Source: Gammaproteobacteria bacterium
GTDB taxonomy: Bacteria > Pseudomonadota > Gammaproteobacteria > CAJXQU01
Reading direction: 5' to 3'
Length of the DNA: 64,000 bases
NCBI GenBank assembly: GCA_965238175.1
Contig: CBDEGZ010000003.1
Coordinates: 1,920,001 to 1,984,000, forward strand
Shown: positions 27,865 through 38,870 of the stretch, piece after piece
Layout of the letters: every line of letters starts with the position of its first letter
Numbering within the stretch: the stretch's first letter is position 1
The notes under the pieces: model-generated
The model's input: the letters and a program-made list of their open reading frames with translations, nothing else
The model's database searches: none
Told to the model about the DNA's origin: nothing
Position numbers and translations under genes: made by a program

Positions 27865-30726
27865 TTGGAGCAGTTGGAATTTATTATTGGACAACGTTGG
27901 ATTAGCAATACTGAATCTGAACTTGGGCTTGGCATGGTGGCTGAAAATAACGGGCGTTTAATCACGATTAGCTTCCCGGCAGCCGGAGAAAGGCGTACTT
28001 ATGCGATAGATAATGCGCCATTAAGTCGCGTTGAGTATTCCGTAGGTGATTTAATTTGTAGCGATGAGAAAATCCAAATGATCGTTTCGGAGCGAGCCAA
28101 TCATGATGGGATTTATATTTATTCCGGACAAGGTGAAGATGGTAACACGATCCAGATAGACGAGTTGGAACTTGATAGTTTTGTCCAATTCAGTAAACCA
28201 CAGGATCGTTTGTTTGCCGGGCAGGTGGATAAAAACAGTAGTTTTCAGTTGCGGGTAGAGACGCTGACATTAATGCGTAAACATCAGCAATCTTCAGCCT
28301 ACGGTTTGTTGGGGCCGAGGGTACAATTATTAGCTCATCAATTTTATATCGCGGATCAAGTCTCGCAGCGACATTCTCCTCGGGTTTTATTGGCAGATGA
28401 AGTTGGCCTTGGAAAAACCATTGAAGCAGGATTGATTCTCCATCATCAGATCGTTACTGGCAGCGCACGTCGTGTTTTGATCGTCGTTCCAGATTCTCTG
28501 GTACATCAATGGTTGGTTGAGATGCTGCGACGATTTAATCTTTATTTCACCATTTTAGATGATGAACGTTGTTTTGCGATTGCTGAATCAGAGGAGGGTA
28601 ACCCTTTCGAGAGTTCGCAACTGGTTTTATGTTGTTTAAGTTTCCTGGTCGATAACCCTGAGCGCCATGCGGAGGCGATGGCAGCGGATTGGGATTTGAT
28701 GATTGTTGATGAAGCACATCATCTACTTTGGAGCGAGCAAAGTGCGAGTCCTGAATATCAATGTATAGAATCCCTGGCTGCTAAAATTGCTAGTCTGTTG
28801 TTGTTAACCGCAACACCAGAGCAGTTAGGTCTGGAAAGTCATTTTGCACGCCTGCGGTTATTGGATCCTGATCGATATTACGATCTAAATAAATTTCGTG
28901 AAGAAGAGTCTGGCTATCAAGAGATCAGTCTTTTAATTGATCTATTGAGTCAGGCAGATCGGGCAGATATTAAAGATAAAATGCAAAATCAATCTGAAGA
29001 TTTGATCAATATCGAGAAATACCTTGATGATGATTTTGTGACAGGATTGTTGGCCGATGATGAACATTTTCAACAGAAAATAGATGTTGCGATTAATGAT
29101 CTGATTGATCGGCATGGAACAGGCCGGGTTTTATTTCGAAATACGCGCGAGGCAGTGAAGGGTTTTCCTAAGAGAAAACTGATTTCTTATCCTTTAGAGA
29201 GTCAAAAAGATCAGACAATACTAGAACCATTGACTATAGAACAAATAATTCATCCGGAATTGATTTTTGGTGAAGTATGGTTGTTCGATGATCCTCGTGT
29301 TGAATGGTTGTCTGCTTGGTTGCAGGAACATCGCGATCAAAAAATATTAGTGATCTGCTCGCTTGCACAAACGGCACAAGAACTCGAGGAATATTTAAGG
29401 ACACGTATTGGGATCCGTTCGGCCGTTTTTCATCAAGGAATGTCGCTCGTAAATCGAGATCGGGCTGCGGCATATTTTGCAGATGGTGAGGATGGTGCGC
29501 AGATTTTAATTTGTTCTGAGATTGGAAGTGAAGGACGCAATTTTCAATTTTCTCATCATCTCGTTATATTTGATCTGCCATTTAATCCAGATCTGCTGGA
29601 ACAGCGAATTGGTCGTTTAGATCGAATTGGTCAAACCGAAACAATCCAGATACATGTGCCTTATTACGAAGGGACTAGCATAGAAGGATTATTAAGGTGG
29701 TATCACGAAGGCTTAAATGCGATTGAGCGTGTTTGTCCTGTCAGCTCGAATATTTTTCAAACTGTTAGAGAGGCGTTAGAAAAAGTATTATTGGAAAATA
29801 ACCTTGATGCCTTAAATGGTTTGATCAAAACAACTCATGAGCAGACAGAATCATTATTAGCAAACTTACAAGGTGGACGAAATAAATTACTTGAGTTGAG
29901 TTCTTGTCACCCACAAGGTGCCGCAGAAGTGGTTGAAAATGTAACTGGTTCAACTAGCAGCCTTGAACTAGAAGGTTATATGGAGAAAATATTTGATCAG
30001 TTTGGTGTTGATCATCAGGTTCATAGCCAGCACGCAGTTGTTTTACATCCTGGTGATCATATGACGTGTCATACTTTTCCTGGTTTGTCTGAAGATGGAA
30101 TGACGGCAACTTACCAACGATCAATGGCAATAAGCCGTGAAGATATGCAGTTTCTTACCTGGGAACATCCGATGGTCAGTGGTGCGATCGATATGATCCT
30201 TGATGGTGATTTTGGAAATACGGCTTTTTGCACATTGAAATTAGCGGGGTTAAAAGCGGGGACACTCCTACTAGAAGCGATCTTTATCGTTCATTGTCCG
30301 GCGCCTAAAAATTTGCAATTGCATCGCTATTTACCAATGACGACGATCAGAATTGTTGTTGACAGTTTAGAGCGAGATTTAAGTGAAGCCTTACCGACAG
30401 AAAGACTTAATCGATTAGCAGAACGCGTGTCATTACAATCAGCCCATGAAGTGATCAAATATGCGCGTCCGCAAATAAATGAACTGATTATTGATGCTGA
30501 AAAACGTTCTGTCAGTCTTCGAGACAAGATTATTGAGGATGCGCTGCAGAAGATGATGGACAATCAAGACATGGAGATTAACCGGCTGCAAGCCTTATCA
30601 AAAGTAAATACAAGCATTCGGGCTGACGAAATTGAGTATATGAAAACTAACCGCGATCAATTAAAACAATATATGCAAAGTGCGAGCTTAAAGCTTGATG
30701 CAATACGAGTAGTCTTAGCTACTTAG
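27865..30726 (+). CDS. rapA: RNA polymerase-associated SNF2 ATPase RapA
   Basis: GQRWIS.TE.ELGLG, LLADEVGLGKTIEAG, DEAHHL, GSEGRNFQF, EQRIGRLDRIGQ; start likely TTG 27865 or ATG 27856. Confidence 0.95.
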   Translation: MEQLEFIIGQRWISNTESELGLGMVAENNGRLITISFPAAGERRTYAIDNAPLSRVEYSVGDLICSDEKIQMIVSERANHDGIYIYSGQGEDGNTIQIDELELDSFVQFSKPQDRLFAGQVDKNSSFQLRVETLTLMRKHQQSSAYGLLGPRVQLLAHQFYIADQVSQRHSPRVLLADEVGLGKTIEAGLILHHQIVTGSARRVLIVVPDSLVHQWLVEMLRRFNLYFTILDDERCFAIAESEEGNPFESSQLVLCCLSFLVDNPERHAEAMAADWDLMIVDEAHHLLWSEQSASPEYQCIESLAAKIASLLLLTATPEQLGLESHFARLRLLDPDRYYDLNKFREEESGYQEISLLIDLLSQADRADIKDKMQNQSEDLINIEKYLDDDFVTGLLADDEHFQQKIDVAINDLIDRHGTGRVLFRNTREAVKGFPKRKLISYPLESQKDQTILEPLTIEQIIHPELIFGEVWLFDDPRVEWLSAWLQEHRDQKILVICSLAQTAQELEEYLRTRIGIRSAVFHQGMSLVNRDRAAAYFADGEDGAQILICSEIGSEGRNFQFSHHLVIFDLPFNPDLLEQRIGRLDRIGQTETIQIHVPYYEGTSIEGLLRWYHEGLNAIERVCPVSSNIFQTVREALEKVLLENNLDALNGLIKTTHEQTESLLANLQGGRNKLLELSSCHPQGAAEVVENVTGSTSSLELEGYMEKIFDQFGVDHQVHSQHAVVLHPGDHMTCHTFPGLSEDGMTATYQRSMAISREDMQFLTWEHPMVSGAIDMILDGDFGNTAFCTLKLAGLKAGTLLLEAIFIVHCPAPKNLQLHRYLPMTTIRIVVDSLERDLSEALPTERLNRLAERVSLQSAHEVIKYARPQINELIIDAEKRSVSLRDKIIEDALQKMMDNQDMEINRLQALSKVNTSIRADEIEYMKTNRDQLKQYMQSASLKLDAIRVVLAT

Positions 30727-30809
30727 GGGCTATCTGGACTCAGAGAAAAATAAAGTAACAATTTTCTTATTTAAGAAAGTGACTACTTTAGCCGATAAAT
30801 AAGGTTGGT

Positions 30810-31793
30810 ATGACTATTTTAAATCGTCTCAGTTTAATTCCTTTAATTTTGATCTGTGTGATCAATTTATCTGCTTGTAATTCCGGATCAGGTTCTGACA
30901 AGACCTGGACACCAGAAACAGATGGAGTTCTAGCCGCAGGAGTTTCTAACACCGGGCGTTATGTTCTGTTGGGAACGGATGCGGGTAAAGCCAATCTTTG
31001 GGAATTAGGTAAAAAAAAGAAACCTTCATTACTACATTCATGGCAGCATCAGGAGGCCGGTAAGGGTGGTATTATCGCAGTCGCACTTTCTGAAGATGAT
31101 AAATTTGCGTTGACCGCTGAAGATGATTCTTTAGCCTGGTGGGATGTGAAAAGTGGTAAGATCCTCGGTTACTGGAAACTCAAAGGAATAAAGTCAATCG
31201 CACTTTCGAAAGATGGACAATATGCGATGATCGGCTTACGCGATTATGCGCAGTTTTTTTCGTTGAAAAAATCAAAAGCAGTTTTTACATTTGAACATCC
31301 TGATTTTGTAAAAGCCGTTGCGATTTCTGATGATAAGCGATATGCGATAACCGGATCGGATAATGCTGAAGCAAGACTTTGGTCTCTAGAATCTGGAAAA
31401 CTCAAACATACCTGGAAATATAAAACCAAACTTTATTCTGTTGCATTGTCATCCGATGGTAAGCTTGCAATGACAAATGCGGTGTTGGGTGAAACAAAAA
31501 TCTGGAAAACAAAAAGTGGCAAGATATTGCATAAAATACCGCCCAGAAGAGTGACCATTTCTGCGGCCGCTTTTGATTTAAAAGGTAAGAAGTTAGTTGC
31601 AGGAAGAGTGACGCAAGGGATCGATTTGTTAAGTATGAAATCCGGTGATAGTTTACAAAAGTGGCAACCTAAAAAAGCGGATGATTGGCGACCAAGTTCA
31701 GCGAATATTCTGGCGATCAATTTTGTCGATAAAGATAAAAAAATTCTTAGTGTTACATCCAATGGAATCGTACAACGTTGGAAAATAAAATAG
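30810..31793 (+). CDS. WD40-repeat lipoprotein
   Basis: Lipobox LSAC; repeated VAL/IS.DG...T......LW units. Confidence 0.82.
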   Translation: MTILNRLSLIPLILICVINLSACNSGSGSDKTWTPETDGVLAAGVSNTGRYVLLGTDAGKANLWELGKKKKPSLLHSWQHQEAGKGGIIAVALSEDDKFALTAEDDSLAWWDVKSGKILGYWKLKGIKSIALSKDGQYAMIGLRDYAQFFSLKKSKAVFTFEHPDFVKAVAISDDKRYAITGSDNAEARLWSLESGKLKHTWKYKTKLYSVALSSDGKLAMTNAVLGETKIWKTKSGKILHKIPPRRVTISAAAFDLKGKKLVAGRVTQGIDLLSMKSGDSLQKWQPKKADDWRPSSANILAINFVDKDKKILSVTSNGIVQRWKIK

Positions 31794-31865
31794 ATTCTAT
31801 AAAATCAGATAAAAACTCATTTTTGGTATTCGAAAAAATATAGCGAGAAAATACTTTTTCTTGAT

Positions 31866-32846
31866 TCAATAACGTTTATTTTCTTCCCATTCAAGCGATG
31901 TTTTTACGATCAACTTTAGGTCATCAAATTGCGGTTTCCAATTCAATATTTCTTGAATTCGATCAGCTTTGGCAATGAGCGTTGGAGGATCACCTGCTCG
32001 ACGAGGTTGTTCGATAATATTAAGATCGTTACCACTGATTTTTTGAACTGTATCTAATACTTCGCGGACACTATAACCATGACCGTAGCCGCAATTAAAT
32101 GTTGATGATTCGCCACCTTTTTCTAAATGTTCGAGTGCTTTAATGTGTGCATCAGCGAGATCTTCAACATGAATATAATCACGAACACCCGTGCCATCTT
32201 CAGTATCGTAATCGGTTCCAAAAACAGAAATGGAATCTCGTTTGCCCAGTGCGGTTTCGCAAGCGACTTTGATCAATAAAGTGGCCTTTTCGGTGGATTG
32301 ACCAATCTCACCATCAGGATTTGATCCTGCGACATTAAAGTAGCGCAAAATGACGTGTCTTAATGGTGTTGCGAAAGACAGATCTTTTAGCATCATCTCA
32401 CTCATCAGTTTAGACATGCCATAAGGGTTAATTGGTGCGGTAGGCGTATCTTCCGCTGTTATTGCTTGATCAGGAACACCATAAACGGCAGCTGTTGAGG
32501 AGAAAATAAAATGTTTTACATTGGCTTTAGAACAACATTCCAATAAATTCCGAGTACAGCAGGTGTTATTGCCATAGTATTTAAGTGGGTTAGAAACCGA
32601 TTCGGGGACGATGGTGTGTGCTGCAAAATGCATCACCGTGTCGATATTGTGATCTGCGAGTAATTTTTGAACGAGTTCTTTATCACCAGTATCACCGATA
32701 ATAAGCTCAGCACCGATAACAGCACCTTCAAACCCAGTACTAAGATTGTCTAATACAACAACCTTGCGACCCGCCATCGTTAATTGTCTTACGACATGAC
32801 TACCAATGTAACCGGCTCCGCCAGTGACGAGTATGGATGTAGACAT
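31866..32846 (-). CDS. galE: UDP-glucose 4-epimerase
   Basis: VTGGAGYIGSH, FSSTAAVYG, PYG.SK, LRYFN, RDYIHV motifs. Confidence 0.95.
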   Translation of the reverse strand: MSTSILVTGGAGYIGSHVVRQLTMAGRKVVVLDNLSTGFEGAVIGAELIIGDTGDKELVQKLLADHNIDTVMHFAAHTIVPESVSNPLKYYGNNTCCTRNLLECCSKANVKHFIFSSTAAVYGVPDQAITAEDTPTAPINPYGMSKLMSEMMLKDLSFATPLRHVILRYFNVAGSNPDGEIGQSTEKATLLIKVACETALGKRDSISVFGTDYDTEDGTGVRDYIHVEDLADAHIKALEHLEKGGESSTFNCGYGHGYSVREVLDTVQKISGNDLNIIEQPRRAGDPPTLIAKADRIQEILNWKPQFDDLKLIVKTSLEWEENKRY

Positions 32847-32992
32847 TGTATTTAATTCTCCCTGAGAAATAATTTTCTATAAAAGCAAACTAAAATGAAT
32901 AAGCTATTATGAATCAAATATAAGCAGCTATTGTTCCATATTTACTTTTCATTACAATAGCGGCACAAAAGTTTATAACTGGAGTAGGTAAA

Positions 32993-33595
32993 GTGCAGAA
33001 GAAAAGTAGTAATACCGTATGGCATGATGCCACTGTCGTAAGGGATGATCGACAAAAATTGAATAACCATAAAAGTGCGATCTTATGGTTTACCGGATTA
33101 TCAGGGGCAGGGAAGTCTAGCCTGGCCAACGCCGTTGAAGCGATGTTGTATGGAACAGGTAAACGTACTTATGTTCTTGATGGAGATAATGTTCGTCAGG
33201 GTTTGTGTGGCGATCTAGGATTTTCCGATGAAGATAGGATTGAAAATATTCGGCGGATTGGAGAAGTTGCTAAGATTCTGGTTGATGCAGGTTCAATTAC
33301 GCTGACTGCTTTTATTTCGCCTTTTAAAGCTGATCGACAACGTGCACGGGATCTGGTTCCGGAAGGTGATTTTATTGAGATTTATACCCGTTGTGATTTA
33401 AGTGTATGTGAAGAACGCGATGTTAAGGGTTTATACAAAAAAGCGCGCGCTGGTGAGATCCCCGCTTTTACGGGTATTTCTTCGCCTTATGAAGAACCGG
33501 AAAATGCCGAAGTGGTCGTCGATACTGATAAGCACAGTTTAGAAGCGTCTGCTCAACAAGTGATTGATTATTTAACTGAAAAAGGAATTGTCTAG
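32993..33595 (+). CDS. cysC: Adenylyl-sulfate kinase
   Basis: WFTGLSGAGKS, LDGDNVR, RDVKGLY, FTGISSPYE motifs. Confidence 0.95.
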   Translation: MQKKSSNTVWHDATVVRDDRQKLNNHKSAILWFTGLSGAGKSSLANAVEAMLYGTGKRTYVLDGDNVRQGLCGDLGFSDEDRIENIRRIGEVAKILVDAGSITLTAFISPFKADRQRARDLVPEGDFIEIYTRCDLSVCEERDVKGLYKKARAGEIPAFTGISSPYEEPENAEVVVDTDKHSLEASAQQVIDYLTEKGIV

Positions 33596-33601
33596 TTAAA
33601 A

Positions 33602-34252
33602 CTAGGCTTCTAGCAGCCCGTATCTTATCGCGATGCGGGCAAGCTCGGCTGCGGTAGTAACTTCCAGTTTATTTTTGATCTGAGTGCTGTAGTTAGCAAC
33701 GGTTTTATAACTTAAAGATAGCCGTTCTGCTATTGTCGCAACGTTAGCACCTTCTGCTAATAGACAAAAGATCTCAAATTCCCGAGTAGATAAATTTGCA
33801 AAAGGTGTGTTTTGCCCACGGGTTTTTTGGATTGCGAGTCTTTGCGCAATTTCCGGATCAAGGTGATCTTTACCATTAGCGACCATTCGCACCGCTTCAA
33901 CAAGTTCCTCTGCTGCACTGCTTTTGGTGATATAACCCTTAGCGCCAACTTGTAGAGCGCGTTCTACGAAAACAGCATCTTCATGCATACTGAAAACCAG
34001 TACTTTTGCTTCGGGTTCGCGCGCGATTATTCGGCGGATCGCTTCCAGCCCACCAATACCAGGTAAAGATAGATCCATGATGACGATATCAGGATCAGTT
34101 TCAAGGAAATATTTGCAAGCATCCTCGCCGCTGGAGGCTTCCGCGATAACCTCAATGTCCTGTTGATTTTCCAGCAGGTTTTTGTAACCTTCGCGGACAA
34201 CCGCATGATCATCTACAAGTAATACTGTGATATTGGAATTATCAATATTCAT
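33602..34252 (-). CDS. NarL/LuxR-family response regulator (MxcE/MxaB-like)
   Basis: REC domain (LVDDH, D.SLPG, GYITK) plus LuxR HTH (LSTREFEI, LSYKTVANY). Confidence 0.88.
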   Translation of the reverse strand: MNIDNSNITVLLVDDHAVVREGYKNLLENQQDIEVIAEASSGEDACKYFLETDPDIVIMDLSLPGIGGLEAIRRIIAREPEAKVLVFSMHEDAVFVERALQVGAKGYITKSSAAEELVEAVRMVANGKDHLDPEIAQRLAIQKTRGQNTPFANLSTREFEIFCLLAEGANVATIAERLSLSYKTVANYSTQIKNKLEVTTAAELARIAIRYGLLEA

Positions 34253-34261
34253 TAAAATCTA

Positions 34262-35593
34262 TTAAGTTTGGTTTTCCTTAGACTTAAGAGGCAATGTTAC
34301 CTGAATTTCGACACCATGTTGTACATCACTTTTGATCTTAAAGTTACCGTTTAGCGCTTCAACGCGTTCTTGCATACCCAATAAGCCTAAGCCTTGCGTT
34401 GCTTTGCTAATATCAAATCCGTTGCCGTTGTCTTTTATGGATAAATCAAGGATGTTTGGGTCTTTCTTATGCAGGTTGATATAAACATCAGTCGCGTTTG
34501 CATGTTTAGCAACATTATTAAGACATTCCTGGACGATCCGGTAAATAGTAATTGAAATATCTTGAGATAGATCTCCCAGATCCTTACCTGTTTTGAAGTG
34601 ACAAAAAGTATTTTCATGATATGTATTCCAGTTATCAGTAACATCATTGAGGGCGGGGATCAGGCCCAGCTCATCAAGAATAACCGGGTGTAAACGTTTC
34701 ATCATTCCTTTGACGACATTGTATATTCGAGTAGAGATATCCATTATTGTTGTAACACTGGATTTTATTTTCTCATCAATACTTTGCTGGCCAATTGATG
34801 CGGCAACGGCTTTGATTGCACTCACTGATTGCCCCATTTCATCATGAAGTTCTCTCGCCAGATGGCGTCTTTCGTCTTCTTGAATCGCCAGTGTTCGTTG
34901 TTTCAGATAGCGATTTTGATCTCGACTTTGCTCTAAGACACCTGCCATATGATTGAATTTTTGGGTTATTTTACGAAGCTCTGGCAATTTGACTGATTGT
35001 AAACGGGATTGGTAATCACCTTGCTCAATATCATCCAGACCTTTAATAATCGCATTTATTGGCTTGAATAAACGGCCAATAATGATGAAGAGAAGAATAT
35101 TTGCGATCAAAAAGAAAAACAGTAATACACTTAAAAATGATCGTGCTTCTTCCCAGGCTTCGGTGATCTCGTCTGCAGGATCAGGTCTGATCACAAGTTC
35201 ACTGCTTGGCATACCGGGAACCGGAATTGACTGCCGCAAGACCATACTGGTCGGTTGAACTAATTTCACAAACCAATCTGGCGCATCAGATTTATATTCA
35301 ACCTCAGTAGGAAAGGGATCTAGACCTTCTCCATGAATGATTTCAATATGTAAATGCCGTGTTTTTCCAAACTTTTTTATTTGCCGCATAAGTTTTGATT
35401 GATGGGTAAGCTGACTTTCAGGATTAGTTTGAATGAACGCTAACTCAAGTAATTGCAGAGTCAATTGAGCAGTGGATTGAGTTTCTTTTGCAAGTGCTTT
35501 GCGCGCATTATGAATCACTAAAGCCGAACCAATGAGCAATATTGCAACAAAGACCAGTGTGATCAGCAAGTTCAGGCGAAATCGAAGGCTCAT
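34262..35593 (-). CDS. Sensor histidine kinase, MoxY/MxcQ-like (HAMP + HisKA_3)
   Basis: Two TMs around a periplasmic domain with AP.WF motif; ERRHLARELHDE; DNGNGF, GLGL.GM.ERV. Confidence 0.85.
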   Translation of the reverse strand: MSLRFRLNLLITLVFVAILLIGSALVIHNARKALAKETQSTAQLTLQLLELAFIQTNPESQLTHQSKLMRQIKKFGKTRHLHIEIIHGEGLDPFPTEVEYKSDAPDWFVKLVQPTSMVLRQSIPVPGMPSSELVIRPDPADEITEAWEEARSFLSVLLFFFLIANILLFIIIGRLFKPINAIIKGLDDIEQGDYQSRLQSVKLPELRKITQKFNHMAGVLEQSRDQNRYLKQRTLAIQEDERRHLARELHDEMGQSVSAIKAVAASIGQQSIDEKIKSSVTTIMDISTRIYNVVKGMMKRLHPVILDELGLIPALNDVTDNWNTYHENTFCHFKTGKDLGDLSQDISITIYRIVQECLNNVAKHANATDVYINLHKKDPNILDLSIKDNGNGFDISKATQGLGLLGMQERVEALNGNFKIKSDVQHGVEIQVTLPLKSKENQT

Positions 35594-35717
35594 GGTTACT
35601 CCGGAAGTACTATAGCGATTGTGAATTGAAATAGATAAGTCTGCAATTAAATAACTTAATGTATTTTTTCATAAGATTATGCTAACTTAATGATATAAAA
35701 ATCAATATATTAATTTA

Positions 35718-35987
35718 ATGCTAAAAATTATCCGCCTCTTTTTATTACTACTGATCTGTTGTTGTTTAACAGCTTGTTCTAGTTTCAGCATAGCATCATT
35801 CTTTACCATGGTATTTACAGGTAAAGGATTTGGAGATCATGCTTTATCCACGGTGACAGGACAGGAGTGTGCCTTTTTTAATTTGGTTCATGGTGAAGAG
35901 GTCTGCATTAATGATGATTCTGCGGAAATGATCCTTTTGACCAGCGATCAATTTATCGATGATTCACTTATGATCGCTCAAGAATGA
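35718..35987 (+). CDS. Small hypothetical lipoprotein
   Basis: Lipobox LTAC; TGK...DHALS..TG.EC motif. Confidence 0.6.
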   Translation: MLKIIRLFLLLLICCCLTACSSFSIASFFTMVFTGKGFGDHALSTVTGQECAFFNLVHGEEVCINDDSAEMILLTSDQFIDDSLMIAQE

Positions 35988-36085
35988 ATCTTCAACTCTT
36001 TATTAAAGTGATAATCAATATTAATAGTACAGATCACTTCAATAATTGATTCATTATTAAGCATTCATTGTTGTAAAATACTCGA

Positions 36086-36586
36086 ATGATAACTCCCCGA
36101 CAGATTTTTCTATTTATATTCCTTACCTGTGCCGGCTTAATGGGTTTTGGTTTTTACTTACAGTATGTTCAAGGGCTAGAACCCTGTGTTCTATGTATGG
36201 TGCAGCGTTTATTTTTTGTACTGCTCGGCACCACAGCGTTATTTGCTTTTTTACATAATCCTGGTCGAACAGGTACGCGGTTTTATGCAATTTTAATCAG
36301 TCTATTCTCCGCATGCGGTGCTGCAATTGCCGGACGTCAGATCTGGTTACAACACTTACCGGCAGATCAGGTGCCTGAATGCGGTCCAGATCTGTTTTTT
36401 ATGTTGGAAGTCTATCCACTCACAGAAGCACTAATGACCGCCTTAAAAGGGACGGGGGATTGTGCAAAGATTGTCTGGACGTTTCTTGGGTTTTCAATCC
36501 CTGAATGGGCGATTGTGATTTTTATCGGAATATTTCTGGCTAGTCTTTATCTGGTTTTTAAGCCTTTAAACTATTCTGAAGAATAG
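36086..36586 (+). CDS. dsbB: Disulfide bond formation protein B
   Basis: PCVLC..QR, second Cys pair (ECG...GDC), 4 TMs. Confidence 0.93.
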   Translation: MITPRQIFLFIFLTCAGLMGFGFYLQYVQGLEPCVLCMVQRLFFVLLGTTALFAFLHNPGRTGTRFYAILISLFSACGAAIAGRQIWLQHLPADQVPECGPDLFFMLEVYPLTEALMTALKGTGDCAKIVWTFLGFSIPEWAIVIFIGIFLASLYLVFKPLNYSEE

Positions 36587-36638
36587 TTTAAAGCATGAAC
36601 TTATGAACGAATACAGGTTTGTAGAGAGGTTCTAAAGC

Positions 36639-37313
36639 TCACCAGGGCAATAAATCTCCATTGCTATGCCAAAATGAACCGGTGTTGCCCAAGTTAAGTT
36701 CTTCCATTCTTGCTATTAGGCCCAAAGCAGATTCATCAGTATCCATTAAACCATTATGATCTGTCATATCCGTACGAACATAACCCGGGTGAAGAATACC
36801 AACAGAGATACCTTTGGGTTTTAAGTCGATAGATAAGGATTTTCCTGCCGAATTGACAGCAGATTTAGACATACGATATGCATAACTACCACCTGAGTCA
36901 TTATCGGCGATGGAACCCATACGACTCGTGATAATCCCGACTTTTGATCCTTCTGCCAGGTTATTCAATAAGGTTTTGGTGGTCAGCAAAGGTCCAATAC
37001 TATTGACTGCAAACATATGCTTGAAACTTTCGATGGCCTCCGCATCAATATCACTCAAAGCAAATGCACCTGCGATGCCTGCATTATTGATCAGCCAATC
37101 TATTTTTCGATCATTTAATTTATCCGCAAGTGTCAACAGGCTTGCTGGATCGCATACTTCAACATCTTCGATAATTTCGATGTTTAAAGCTGTAAGTTCA
37201 CTTGATGCTTGCCGGCAGCTTGCAATCACATCATCGCCGCGTTGTTTTAACTGATTACATAGTTCTAAACCAATGCCTCGGTTACTGCCTGTGACTAATA
37301 CTGTTTTGCTCAT
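36639..37313 (-). CDS. Short-chain dehydrogenase (CsgA/C-factor-like)
   Basis: TGSNRGIG, NNAG, YRMSK, HPGYV.TDM. Confidence 0.9.
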   Translation of the reverse strand: MSKTVLVTGSNRGIGLELCNQLKQRGDDVIASCRQASSELTALNIEIIEDVEVCDPASLLTLADKLNDRKIDWLINNAGIAGAFALSDIDAEAIESFKHMFAVNSIGPLLTTKTLLNNLAEGSKVGIITSRMGSIADNDSGGSYAYRMSKSAVNSAGKSLSIDLKPKGISVGILHPGYVRTDMTDHNGLMDTDESALGLIARMEELNLGNTGSFWHSNGDLLPW

Positions 37314-37561
37314 ACATTACTCCTTCGTTCTGTATTTTGATTACGAAATTAAGACGTTTATAGAGGATCATTCATGACATCAGGATACCATCGATTTATT
37401 GAAAATTTTCTTCCTGTAAGATCAGCAATCATCTGCAAAGCGGGTGGTATGATGGAAGTCTCTGGAAGAGACTATAAATTCGCCAGCCTTAATTGTTTTG
37501 CTGGCGTACTTCTTTGAACTTGCTGGCTCATTGGAGGTCACTCTTACATCTGTACGATGGG

Positions 37562-37588
37562 ACGGCGCGGAGCACTAGCGTGTCCTAC
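37562..37588 (-). repeat. Second GTAG-family REP-like element
   Basis: ACGGCGC...GTCCTAC ends shared with the element at 26341-26369. Confidence 0.45.
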
Positions 37589-37801
37589 CGATGGAGGTAG
37601 TGGTTTACCTTGGGTTAATTAGTTGGTTCTATAGTTTAATGGAGTAATTTTAGCTATTAAACTTAACTAAAAACCGCCAGAGAAGTAGCCACAGGGGTGA
37701 GTTGATTTATAGGTAATACTTGGGAAAATCGAGTTTCAAACGTGTAAAATTAACAGAGTTTCTTGCAGTCTTTTAATTAAAAACAAACGAGGAGAATAAG
37801 T

Positions 37802-38182
37802 ATGTTTAGTCATATGATGGTCGGTGCAAACGATGTTCAAGAATCAAAAGTTTTTTATGATGCAATCTTAGGTGCATTAGGTTATGAACCTGGAACAATG
37901 GATGATATAGGTCGTTGTTTTTACATGACCGATAGTGGCATGTTCGCGATTACTCCGCCTATTAACGGAGAACCAGCTTCGCACGGAAATGGCTGTACTA
38001 TAGGTTTTGCTGCAAAGAATCCCGCAGAAGCTGATGCATGGCACGCTGCTGGTGTTTCAAATGGTGGTGCAACGTGTGAAGAGCCTCCTGGTGTACGAGA
38101 AGGTGGGCTAGGTAAGCTTTATTTAGCATATTTACGTGATCCATCCGGCAATAAGCTTTGTGCTCTGCATATGATGGGTTGA
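37802..38182 (+). CDS. VOC/glyoxalase family protein
   Basis: FSH..VG.ND...S..FYDA.L; AYLRDP.GNK. Confidence 0.88.
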   Translation: MFSHMMVGANDVQESKVFYDAILGALGYEPGTMDDIGRCFYMTDSGMFAITPPINGEPASHGNGCTIGFAAKNPAEADAWHAAGVSNGGATCEEPPGVREGGLGKLYLAYLRDPSGNKLCALHMMG

Positions 38183-38365
38183 TTTTCTAGATTTTATTAG
38201 GAAAGGCTTTGAAGGAATTAGGCCTTGTCTTTTACCCAATCTGATCCAGACATTGTTTTAAGATTGATCTGGATTACCTAAGGGTAAAAGGCAGGGTTCC
38301 AAAAGATAGCTACAGTTTTTTGTGTGTTACAGGTGTTATGAACTAATGCTATTTCAGGAGTAGAA

Positions 38366-38800
38366 ATGCATAGAATAATTTTAATGTTAGGCTTACTTTT
38401 TGTTCTTCTTGGGTGTGGACCTAAATACCAATTAGTTAATAACCCAAATGTAAATCCAGATGAAGCGGTTACGCTTTTCATCTATAGGCCTGATGGTTTT
38501 TTTCATAAGCATAATCCAGAGGAGCCTTTCGTGTACCTTAACGGAGAAAAAATTGGCACATTAGGCGTGGGGGAAACAATAGAAACTCAAGTTACATTTG
38601 GAAAAAATATAGTATTACTGAAAGGGAATATTTTATCCATTCCATCATTTGAAATAGGAACCGTTGAGTTTGATGTAACTAGTAATAACGATCACTATAT
38701 TCGTTACTCATATGATCTTGAATATGTCGTTGGAACAACACCTGTTGGAGATTCTGTCCTTCAACTAGTGGATGATAATATTGGGAAAACCAGACAATAA
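38366..38800 (+). CDS. DUF2846-like lipoprotein
   Basis: Lipobox LLGC; A.L.IYRP.....VYLNG.KIG.L. Confidence 0.65.
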   Translation: MHRIILMLGLLFVLLGCGPKYQLVNNPNVNPDEAVTLFIYRPDGFFHKHNPEEPFVYLNGEKIGTLGVGETIETQVTFGKNIVLLKGNILSIPSFEIGTVEFDVTSNNDHYIRYSYDLEYVVGTTPVGDSVLQLVDDNIGKTRQ

Positions 38801-38870
38801 TTCGCAACAAGTAGTCCAATTTCACTCAGCAGTGAGTAGTGTCACTAAAATGTGTTTAGTGATCTGTATT

